Positions 18,382 to 26,402 of a stretch of 64,000 bases of DNA are shown in pieces (the stretch's first letter is position 1; the number at the start of each line of letters is the position of its first letter). The notes below the pieces were generated by a model that searched no databases, had not been told where the DNA came from, and saw only the letters and a program-made list of their open reading frames with translations. The DNA lies in NCBI GenBank assembly GCA_963801885.1, contig CAWDGL010000008.1:1441757-1505756 (forward strand). The letters are read 5' to 3'. Both the position numbers and the translations under genes were made by a program. This stretch comes from an uncultured Acidobacteriaceae bacterium (GTDB lineage: Bacteria; Acidobacteriota; Terriglobia; Terriglobales; Acidobacteriaceae).

Positions 18382-20004
18382 CTATTCTTCTTTTTTCTCC
18401 GCTTCTCGGGGCAGCGGTTTTTCAATCGGCTTCCGGGGAAGCATCTGATCGCGCATAGCGGCATCGTAAACAAAGCCGGCGACGATCACCGAAATCTGTT
18501 TCAAATCTTCCGGCTGCAAGCGATCGTAGACGTCCATGTTGGAGTGATGCGTGCGAGTTTCGTATTCGATCGGATCCTGAATGAATTGAAATCCGGGAAT
18601 GCCGACGGCGTCGAAAGATAAATGATCGGTACCGCCGGTATTTCGCATGGTCAGCGTGGTCATGCCGAGATCTTTGAAGGGACTCATCCAGGCCTCGAAA
18701 ATCGGCGCCACCGCCTCGTTTTCCTGCAAGTAAACGCCGCGAATTTTGCCGCTGCCGTTATCTACATTGAAATAGGCCGAGACTTTTGCCTGCTCCGGTT
18801 TCACCGTAACCGGTCCGGCATCGCGCCGCAGCAGTGTCGGCATTCCTTTCATGTTGGGATCGTCCATGGATGGGCGCGATCCGAAATGATGCTCCACGTA
18901 TCCTTGCGAACCAAGCAGTCCTTCTTCTTCGCCGCTCCATAGACCGATGCGAATGGTGCGCCGAGGATGGATGTCGAGGGCTTTGAGAATGCGAACCGCT
19001 TCCATCATGACGATGGTGCCTGCGCCGTTGTCGGTCGCTCCCGTGCCGGCGTGCCAGGAATCGAGATGTGCTCCCAGCATGACCACTTCATCTTTCTTGT
19101 CCGTGCCGGGAATTTCGGCGATGGTGTCGTACTGCATGGGATCGTCGTCGTAAAAAGTATTAACGACGTTGAGTTCCAGAGTGACGTCTTTCTTTTGCTG
19201 CAGCAAGCGCGCAATGCGCGACCAATGTTCTGACGCCATGGTGAGTTGTGGAACGGTGGTGGTCTCGCCCGGTTTGAACGAGCCTCCGGACTGCACGAAG
19301 ACCGTCCCGCCGCCTGCCGTGCCGCGGCTGTGGTCAATCACGGCTAGAACTTTTTCGTCGGCAAGAAACTGATTCAGGTCTTTCACAAACTGCCGCCGCT
19401 TCGCAATTTCGGCCATGCGAAAAGCCGGACGTTCGCCCGGAATTTCATATTCACCGATCTTCGCGAGATCATCATCGCTGAGGCGCTTGAAGGGAGCTTC
19501 CGTAATGGTCTTCACTTCGGCGTCTGGGCCGAGAATCACAATCATTCCGGCGAGCTTCCCGCGATATTTATCGAAATCTTTCTTGTCTTCGATGTTGACG
19601 CGGACGCATTTGCCGCTGACCACGCCGTTCGTTCCCGGCGTCCATGCTTTGGCATAGGCAATAAGAGGCGCCACATCGGGCGAAGTCATGCGAACGTTCA
19701 CGTATTGATTCGCCCATCCGCGGCCGAACGGCCCCCAGGGTTCCAGATGAGCATTGCTCAGGCCCATGGCAGTCAGTTGGTCGCGAGTCCATTCATTGGC
19801 GCGCTTCATGTTCGGCGATCCAGTCAGGCGCTCGCCAATCGAATCCATGAGGCCGGAGGCGAGTTCCATGACGTGAGAATCGCGAAACCCCTCGTAACGA
19901 ATGCGAGTGATGGTTTCGAGATCAACTTTTTCCTGTGACCAGGCCGCGGAAACAAAAGACAAAATTACAGCGAGAGAAAAGACAAGTCGCGCGTAGCTTT
20001 TCAT
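18382..20004 (-). CDS. secreted M28 family aminopeptidase with PA domain
   Basis: ATG 20004 with GGGAG RBS and signal peptide MKSYARLVFSLAVILSFVSAAWSQ. HLDSWHAGTGATDNGAG and GLWSGEEEGLLGSQGY metal-site motifs. Confidence 0.85.
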   Translation of the reverse strand: MKSYARLVFSLAVILSFVSAAWSQEKVDLETITRIRYEGFRDSHVMELASGLMDSIGERLTGSPNMKRANEWTRDQLTAMGLSNAHLEPWGPFGRGWANQYVNVRMTSPDVAPLIAYAKAWTPGTNGVVSGKCVRVNIEDKKDFDKYRGKLAGMIVILGPDAEVKTITEAPFKRLSDDDLAKIGEYEIPGERPAFRMAEIAKRRQFVKDLNQFLADEKVLAVIDHSRGTAGGGTVFVQSGGSFKPGETTTVPQLTMASEHWSRIARLLQQKKDVTLELNVVNTFYDDDPMQYDTIAEIPGTDKKDEVVMLGAHLDSWHAGTGATDNGAGTIVMMEAVRILKALDIHPRRTIRIGLWSGEEEGLLGSQGYVEHHFGSRPSMDDPNMKGMPTLLRRDAGPVTVKPEQAKVSAYFNVDNGSGKIRGVYLQENEAVAPIFEAWMSPFKDLGMTTLTMRNTGGTDHLSFDAVGIPGFQFIQDPIEYETRTHHSNMDVYDRLQPEDLKQISVIVAGFVYDAAMRDQMLPRKPIEKPLPREAEKKEE

Positions 20005-20137
20005 GGAGAGCTCCCGAGTGGAAATCAATCGGGGATTATACAGCCGGATACAGAAGGAGTCGGGAAACCGAATGTAAAGTTTTTCAAAGGTGCGCTGTTC
20101 TCGGCGCGGCACCGAGTTCCGAGACGCGGCAGCGTTC

Positions 20138-22114
20138 CTACGACCCAGGTTTGGCTACCGGTTCTTTGCGTTTTTCGTCGGTATCGACCGAGTAGAGCAT
20201 GTAATGCGCGAAACTGTGACGGCGGTAGTAATGATGTTTGCGGAAATCGAAATAAATTTCCGCGTTCTTCGGCAGCCAGAGTGATGTGTTCTTCTTCGGA
20301 AAGGGCACGGCCCCATATTCGACGGTCTGGTGCTCACTGAGCAGTTGAATTTCCGGCATCGGTTTGACCATCTCCGCTTCCATGCGTACGATCTGGAATT
20401 TATCGGCGATGATCCAGGCCCGGCCTTTCAGAGAGACCGAATGATTCTGGTCGCCGACCTTATAACTGTGCATGCGGTTGGGGCGGTCCTCTCGCTGGCG
20501 GAAGTGCACCAGCCAGGTTGCCTGCCCGTGCCAATCTCCCAGGCCCTCACACGACATGTCAAAGTTGTCGCGCATGTCAGGATGGAAGACCAAGGCAAGA
20601 GTGACAAAACCTGTGCTGGCAATCTGGTCCGGATACCCGGCGAGACCGAGTTTGTCCGCCCGATATTCATCCACGTTGAGAAATCCAGGCTGAGGCTCGG
20701 AGATCGAAGCGACGTAATTATACTTTCTGGTTTCAGTGCGAATGGGAACGCCGAATCGATCGAGCGACTGATGGAATAAATCTTCGACAGCTGCGAAGCG
20801 AGCCACATCCTGCACCATTTCTTGCACGCGCCTGCCGGATTCCTCGATCACTTGCGCGGAAGGACACGAGACACCGGGAGCCACAGCGGGCTTCATATCG
20901 TCAAGCCCGGGCGGTTTCCACGATTTCACAGAGAACTCGGGCGTGGGCATCGCCGCCAGCGGATCGATCCCTGACAAGTGCGCAGCGGCTGTCTGATCGG
21001 TCGTTGAATCGTTCGGCAGATTGGTCGTCGGATCGTTTGAAGACGGGCCTTTGTTCGAAGATCCGTGGCTGGCCGGATGTTCCTGGATTTGAGCGATCAG
21101 GCTGCGAACTTCCTGAGTCGTGGGATCATGCGGGGATTCCTGCAAAAAGACATTCAGGGTTTGAATCGCCTCTTCATCCTGTCCCATGCTCGCCAAGGCC
21201 TCGCCCAGAACAAGTTGCGCAGGGTTGGCGTTTTTTTTACCTTTCGCAATCGCGACTTCCGCCTCCTCACGGGCTTTCTTGTAATTGTGCTGATGAAGAT
21301 AAGCATCGGCAAGCAGGTTGTGCGGCAACCAGTTCTCGTCATCGGCCATTACAGCTTGTTCCAGCGCCGATCGCGCAGCCGGGTAATCTTCCTTTTCCAG
21401 GCCAGCCCGTCCCAGCAAGGTCAGCGCCTGGGCGTTGCGGGGGCTCAGATTCGCTGCCGTTCCCAAATAAGTTTGAGCCTGCGCGAAGTCCTTTTTCTGA
21501 AAATATAAATATCCCAGAAGGAAATTGAGTTCCGCACTGGAAGGAGATGATTTGTACGCTTCGTCGAGTTGTTTCTGCGCCGCTGTCAAATTTCCGGACT
21601 TGAGCGCACTGATTGCCCGCTTGGTCTGCTTGCGCGCCTGCGGAGGCATGAGGCTGTTGAATAGATCAAGATTGATAGCCTCAGGATCGCGGTGAAGGAC
21701 GATGTCGATTTGCGATGGGCGCAGGGAGCTCATCACATCCACTTCTTTATGAGCGCTCAGATAGCCGACGGCACTCACTTCCACGTCGTACTGCCCATAC
21801 GGAATGTTGGTGAAAACTCCCTGCGACGTGTCTTCAGTGGTCTGCCAGGTAGCAGCCTGAGTGGCGTGATTCACCAGCTTCAACAGCGCCTGGCGATCAA
21901 GGTGAACGCTGCTGCGATCGGCGTAAACACTGAAGACCAGCACTCCGGTGCCGGGGGCGGTTTGGTACGACGTAGAAAAATCCTGGAGCGGCTTGGGATC
22001 GTTGAGTCCGCCACGCTGAGCGAACACGGCTGCAACCAGCGCGGTGACCAAAAGAAATTCGACGCACAAAAATCTGGGATGGAAATGCAGCGCGAGGGCA
22101 CAACGGCGGGCCAT
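20138..22114 (-). CDS. membrane-anchored CarboxypepD_reg-like + TPR protein with uncharacterised C-terminal domain
   Basis: ATG 22114 avoids overlap with motB. TM segment, Ig-like regulatory domain (GVLVFSVYAD...GQYDVEVSAVGYLSAHKEVDV) and several TPRs (AELNFLLGYLYFQKKDFAQAQTYL...). The ~300-aa C-terminus has no motif I recognise. Confidence 0.7.
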   Translation of the reverse strand: MARRCALALHFHPRFLCVEFLLVTALVAAVFAQRGGLNDPKPLQDFSTSYQTAPGTGVLVFSVYADRSSVHLDRQALLKLVNHATQAATWQTTEDTSQGVFTNIPYGQYDVEVSAVGYLSAHKEVDVMSSLRPSQIDIVLHRDPEAINLDLFNSLMPPQARKQTKRAISALKSGNLTAAQKQLDEAYKSSPSSAELNFLLGYLYFQKKDFAQAQTYLGTAANLSPRNAQALTLLGRAGLEKEDYPAARSALEQAVMADDENWLPHNLLADAYLHQHNYKKAREEAEVAIAKGKKNANPAQLVLGEALASMGQDEEAIQTLNVFLQESPHDPTTQEVRSLIAQIQEHPASHGSSNKGPSSNDPTTNLPNDSTTDQTAAAHLSGIDPLAAMPTPEFSVKSWKPPGLDDMKPAVAPGVSCPSAQVIEESGRRVQEMVQDVARFAAVEDLFHQSLDRFGVPIRTETRKYNYVASISEPQPGFLNVDEYRADKLGLAGYPDQIASTGFVTLALVFHPDMRDNFDMSCEGLGDWHGQATWLVHFRQREDRPNRMHSYKVGDQNHSVSLKGRAWIIADKFQIVRMEAEMVKPMPEIQLLSEHQTVEYGAVPFPKKNTSLWLPKNAEIYFDFRKHHYYRRHSFAHYMLYSVDTDEKRKEPVAKPGS

Positions 22115-22205
22115 AGGCGAATCCGTGAGCAGTGTGGCACAGCCGTTCCCGCTGGTCAAACGTGCTGTTGACCGGCCGTCCGGCATTTCTTCACTCTTTG
22201 CCTCT

Positions 22206-23021
22206 TCACTCTTTGCCGCCGACCTTCCCCTCTGGTGTTGGCGCTTTACTCTCTGCGCTGTTCGGTTCGCCCGCGCCAGGATTGGCATCCTCATCGTTGT
22301 TCTTGAGGATGTACTGCACGATTACGGAGATGCGTCGGTTGGCCGGGTCCAGCGGGGCAGCCGGCTTCCGCAAGCGCTGGTCCGCGAATCCTCTCACTTG
22401 CGTCACCTGGTCCGTCCGGATGCCGTTGGCTTGCATGACGCGACGGGCCGCATTGGCGCGATCCGAGGACAGTTCCCAATTGCCGTAGGTGGCGGACGGA
22501 GCGTAAGGAGTGGAATCGGTGTGACCTTCAATCGACAATTTGTTTGGAAGTTTGCCTAACTCTTCCGCCAAAGTAATGAGCATGGCGCTGCCGTCGGCAT
22601 TGAGCTTGGCGCTGCCACTGTCAAAGAATGTGCCCGCGGCTGACTCGGAGAGTTCGATGCGCAGACCCTCGGTAGTGACCGTCATCTCGATGTGGCTCTT
22701 CAATTTTTCGAAGTCGCTCATCTGCTTCATCGCCTTCTGCAGTTGTTCTTTCAATTTCGGCATGTTGTCGCGGGTGAGAACAAAATTTTCTCCCGCGCCC
22801 ACCATGTCGGAGCCGACTTTTTTTGATTTGCCGGTGGGATCTTTGAAATATCCGCCAACGGCTTCCTGTACCTGCTTGCTAGTGTTGAGCAGCCAGAGGA
22901 CGATGAAGAGCGCCATCATGGCGGTGACAAAGTCTGCATAGGCGACTTTCCACGCCCCGCCATGATGGCCGCCGTGTCCGCCTTTTTTCTTAACGATGAT
23001 GATGGGACGCGATTTGTCCAT
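22206..23021 (-). CDS. motB: flagellar stator protein MotB
   Basis: N-terminus KKKGGHGGHHGGAWKVAYADFVTAMMALFIVLWLL with the conserved TM Asp. C-terminal OmpA-like domain (IEGHTDSTPY...NWELSSDRANAARR...NRRISVIV). Confidence 0.9.
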   Translation of the reverse strand: MDKSRPIIIVKKKGGHGGHHGGAWKVAYADFVTAMMALFIVLWLLNTSKQVQEAVGGYFKDPTGKSKKVGSDMVGAGENFVLTRDNMPKLKEQLQKAMKQMSDFEKLKSHIEMTVTTEGLRIELSESAAGTFFDSGSAKLNADGSAMLITLAEELGKLPNKLSIEGHTDSTPYAPSATYGNWELSSDRANAARRVMQANGIRTDQVTQVRGFADQRLRKPAAPLDPANRRISVIVQYILKNNDEDANPGAGEPNSAESKAPTPEGKVGGKE

Positions 23022-23062
23022 GGCGTCATCCGCCGAAAGAAATGCTTGGTACGAAATAATTA

Positions 23063-23977
23063 CTAGGAGGCGGTCGCTCCGTCTGCCGCCGCCGCTGCAG
23101 GCGCCGCTTCACCACTCGCCGCCTCTGGCACTTTGTTGCGGCAAGCCGCTTCCAGTTCCTGAAATGACGGGCGCACGTGTCCGGGAACGGCGCGGCGCGC
23201 GGTTTCCACCGCCATGATCGGCGCAGTCCCCTTGAGAAAAGAGATCATCAGAACTCTCATCACATAAAGAAAGGCGTGCTCTTCTTCTGCGGCTTTGGTC
23301 ATGTTGGCTGCCATGGGGCCCACCAGTCCGTAACACAACAGAATGCCGAGAAACGTTCCCACCAGCGCAGCGGCAACCTTCTTTCCGATTTCTTCGGGAG
23401 GTCCACCGAGAGCGCCCATGGTGATCACCACACCCAATACAGCAGCTACAATTCCCAGCCCGGGCAGGGAATCGGCAACCGTGCTGAGCGCGGCGGTGGG
23501 CGCGGCGGAATCCTGATGGTGAACTTCCAGATCGAGGTCCAGCATCTGGTCGAGGTCGAACGCATCGATGCCGGTGATGGCCATGCGCAGCGAATCACAG
23601 ACGAAATCGCACACATGATGGTTCTTGACGAACGCCGGGTTCTTGGAAAAAATCGCACTCTTGCTGGGCTCTTCGACGTCGGATTCCAACGCCATCAATC
23701 CATCTTTGCGCGCCTTGTTGAGCAGGTCGTACATCATTTTCAAGGTGGCGACATAAGCCTGTTTGCCGAACTTGGAACCGCCAAAAACGCCCCCAAGACC
23801 ACCCGCGATTCTTTTGAGGATATACAAGGGATTGGCGATCAGTAGCGTGCCGATCGCAGCGCCCGCGATGATGATCAGTTCGGCCGGTTGAACCAGGACT
23901 CTCAGGTTACCGTGCTCCATCAGGTAGCCCGCCACCACGCAACCGAAGACGACGACAATGCCGATGATCGCAAACAT
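23063..23977 (-). CDS. motA: flagellar stator protein MotA
   Basis: ATG 23977 (MFAIIGIVVVFGCVVAGYLMEHGNLRVL) with GGGAG RBS. Four TM segments, MotA/ExbB-type C-terminal half (LPGLGIVAAVLGVVITM...). Begins 2 nt after the upstream stop. Confidence 0.9.
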   Translation of the reverse strand: MFAIIGIVVVFGCVVAGYLMEHGNLRVLVQPAELIIIAGAAIGTLLIANPLYILKRIAGGLGGVFGGSKFGKQAYVATLKMMYDLLNKARKDGLMALESDVEEPSKSAIFSKNPAFVKNHHVCDFVCDSLRMAITGIDAFDLDQMLDLDLEVHHQDSAAPTAALSTVADSLPGLGIVAAVLGVVITMGALGGPPEEIGKKVAAALVGTFLGILLCYGLVGPMAANMTKAAEEEHAFLYVMRVLMISFLKGTAPIMAVETARRAVPGHVRPSFQELEAACRNKVPEAASGEAAPAAAAADGATAS

Positions 23978-23979
23978 TC

Positions 23980-24906
23980 CTAGCTCCCGCCCGTTCCCGT
24001 TGACGCGGAGGGGGCTTGGCTTCGATAAACCGAGGCTTCCAAAGATTTCTCCAACCGCTCGACGAGCGACTCCATGGAGTCGCCGGGCTGCGCCGTAGTT
24101 TGGCCGATCGAGACTGGGAGCGAGCGGCGTTCTCCCCACCATTCGATTCCATCGTTAGCCAACAAGCGCCGGACGCGTTGGCGCACCGATGCGAGTGATT
24201 CCTCGCGGCAGCAGTTCAAGATCACAAGGAACTGGTCGTCGCTCCAGCGTCCCACATGATCGGAAGACCAAAACGTGTTTTCCAGCGAACGCGCCACCAC
24301 TCGTAGCAACAAAGATGCCGCTTCCGGCCCCAGACTGGCACGGAAGTGCTCCAATCCTTCCAGGCGCAAACACAAGACCGCGAATGGTACCTGCACCTCG
24401 AGAAATGTCGCCAGCGTGTGCCGCAAGTGAGATCGCATCACGGCCACGCTGGCCAAGCCCGTCACATTGTCGAAGCAACCGGGCAGCGTTAAGCCGAAAT
24501 CGCGGTGGTCCGGATCGGCAACCGGTTGCGCTTCTTCGAATGTTTCCACTGCGCCCACGATCGAACCTCGCTGGTTGTGCACGGGAACGACTCTGATTTG
24601 CACCGGAATCTCGTGACCGGCTTTGTGGTGCAGAAAGCCGCTGGCCACGGCGGGTTGAGAGGTCTTCATGGCGCGGGCAATGGGACAGTCTTCCTTGCAG
24701 AATTCACAACCCGGCTGGTCGCAGTGCAATAACGCTTCTCCGATACAGTCGTGGCCAACCACCTCGTGCCGCAAGTGGCCGGTGATGCGCTCGGCTCCGT
24801 CGCTCCAAAATACAATTTTCTTCTGCAGGTCGACCACGCACAAGCCGGTCGGCAGACTTTCGAGGATGTTGCGGCATAGATCGGGTTCGTTAAATGAGGC
24901 AGGCAT
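23980..24906 (-). CDS. PAS domain (Cys-cluster) + degenerate GGDEF domain protein
   Basis: The PAS core contains CDQPGCEFCKEDCP. The GGDEF fold (DNVTGLA...) has SDDQF in place of GGDEF (GRWSDDQFLVIL) and no RxxD I-site. Confidence 0.85.
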   Translation of the reverse strand: MPASFNEPDLCRNILESLPTGLCVVDLQKKIVFWSDGAERITGHLRHEVVGHDCIGEALLHCDQPGCEFCKEDCPIARAMKTSQPAVASGFLHHKAGHEIPVQIRVVPVHNQRGSIVGAVETFEEAQPVADPDHRDFGLTLPGCFDNVTGLASVAVMRSHLRHTLATFLEVQVPFAVLCLRLEGLEHFRASLGPEAASLLLRVVARSLENTFWSSDHVGRWSDDQFLVILNCCREESLASVRQRVRRLLANDGIEWWGERRSLPVSIGQTTAQPGDSMESLVERLEKSLEASVYRSQAPSASTGTGGS

Positions 24907-24939
24907 GGGTAGTCAGAGAAACACCTCTGATTACTTGCT

Positions 24940-24966
24940 TCATCGGCGAAATTGGCGGGAACTTCA
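24940..24966 (-). promoter_or_regulatory. sigma28 (FliA)-type promoter
   Basis: Minus strand reads TGAAGTTC-N11-GCCGATGA. The enterobacterial consensus is TAAAGTTT-N11-GCCGATAA. The -10 element ends 33 nt upstream of the ATG at 24906. Confidence 0.55.
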
Positions 24967-25146
24967 GAGTGGCAACGGCAGATGTCTCACGCGAAAGTCA
25001 TTGAAAACGCTTGTGCTTGAATCCTCCGCTGCATCTAGGTGTGCATGAGCAATGCGCAGATTTCAGGAACGAATCAAAAGCGGCGGGCCTTGAGAATTGT
25101 GAGTCTGAGAATTTCGCTGGAGCGCTGCGCGAGTTGAACGTCTTTC

Positions 25147-26031
25147 TTAGTTCGTCGAGATCGTGAAATTGACGGTGATCCTGGCCTGGGTTTCCACTGA
25201 TTCAGAACCTTGATAATGCGGTTTGAAATGCCATTGCTTCACGGCTTCCTGTGCGGCGCTGGCCAGGATCGGCGGACCGCTGATTACCTGCAGACCCTGG
25301 ATCAAGCCGTCGCGGCCGATCAGCGCCTGCAAAATCACCGAACCCTGCACTTTCATTTGGCGCGCCAACAGGGGGTAGTCCGGCTTTACCGGACGATTCA
25401 CCACTTCGGCAGTGTCGGCAGACATTTGCACACGCTCGGCCGCCTTGCTGGTCACACCGGCGGCGCTGTCACGCATCGGGCTTGCCGACGGCGGTTCGGC
25501 GACAGCTTGTGGTGCCATGCTGGGTTGCAGATCCACTCGCACCGAGTTCGAGCCCGGACGCAGGTTTCGATGCACGTCTCCGGCGACCACCTCAACCTCC
25601 AGCGGCGGAAGCACAGTTCGCGTGGCTGTGGCGGTGATCGGCGGTGCGGATGCATCTGCTTCAGGGGACGTGGACGGAGCTGAGGTCGACGGAGCCGATG
25701 TTGACGACTCAAATGTGGACGGGGCAGAAGCTCTCGCCTGCATCTTGCTGGCGCGGGAATTCTTGTGTGCGGTCGGCGGCGTCGCGCGCGATACAACCGC
25801 CTGAGGTGGATTCGCGGCCGCGGGAGCAACTTGCTGAGACTGTGGCTGGTCTTCCGCTTCCTGCGTCTCGGGAAACCAGAAGTCGCGATCCCGGTAGAGA
25901 GCGAATGCTAAGGCAATCAGGAGCAGGGTCAAAGCAATGACCATCATGCGGCGCTGTTTCCGCTCCTCAAAGGGATGAACCTGAGGAGTGGAAACCAGTT
26001 CAGTACTCTTGGGAAGTGCATTCTTTAGCAT
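25147..26031 (-). CDS. TonB family energy transducer
   Basis: TM MMVIALTLLLIALAFAL, a Pro/Ser/Ala-rich linker with an STSAP repeat, and a C-terminal TonB domain (VKPDYPLLARQMKVQGSVILQALIGRDG...). Start uncertain (26031 or 26100). Confidence 0.75.
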   Translation of the reverse strand: MLKNALPKSTELVSTPQVHPFEERKQRRMMVIALTLLLIALAFALYRDRDFWFPETQEAEDQPQSQQVAPAAANPPQAVVSRATPPTAHKNSRASKMQARASAPSTFESSTSAPSTSAPSTSPEADASAPPITATATRTVLPPLEVEVVAGDVHRNLRPGSNSVRVDLQPSMAPQAVAEPPSASPMRDSAAGVTSKAAERVQMSADTAEVVNRPVKPDYPLLARQMKVQGSVILQALIGRDGLIQGLQVISGPPILASAAQEAVKQWHFKPHYQGSESVETQARITVNFTISTN

Positions 26032-26402
26032 GCGAGGGGCTGGGACGCTCCCGAAAATATTGCCGATAGTATGCCTTGAAAACCGGGAAAAGGCCAGCAA
26101 AAGTCCAGCAAAGCTCGCGAAAACTCCCGCAAGAATGACAAGTGGACGCGTTAGACCTGCCAGGCCTTTGTAAGTGATTGAAAATTCGTAGGAGGCGCTG
26201 GGCCAGCCCAGCCCGTAATTCCAGGGGACGGGGTTTCCTCGGTGACCTAGGCGATCTTCGCGAGCAGGGGCGTTCCCGATCCGGCAACGGGCATTCTAAA
26301 AGCGCACGGTGACTTCGCCTCGTTAGCCGGCGGGGCTGGCCATAAAACGTACATAATTGTAGGTACAAGAGCGGCGAGCACCGGATCGAAACTAAACAAG
26401 AT

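Noticed and set aside
23978-24142. N-terminal extensions of track ORFs: MotA from 24142, OmpA from 6711, M28 from 20112, TPR protein from 22294, M16 from 27854, cca from 41332, and binding protein ORF from 49456.
   Set aside because: The extensions overlap upstream genes or are Arg/Pro-rich and non-coding-like. Internal ATG codons with RBS and proper signal peptides or conserved N-termini fit better.
25665-25720. In-frame STSAPSTSAPSTS repeat (15-nt tandem) in the linker of the first TonB protein.
   Set aside because: It is real in the sequence, but such Pro/Ser/Ala repeats are normal for TonB linkers. I noted it only as a possible length polymorphism.
26201-26341. Long-range GC-rich pairing (GGCCAGCCC 26201-26209 with GGGCTGGCC 26333-26341, plus 3 more bp) enclosing ~120 nt in the 300-nt spacer between the M16 peptidase and TonB genes. 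Considered as a structured ncRNA or riboswitch.
   Set aside because: I could not match it to SRP, 6S, tmRNA, RNase P or any riboswitch consensus from memory. The inner helices are weak. It needs covariance-model scanning (Rfam) and conservation analysis before any call.
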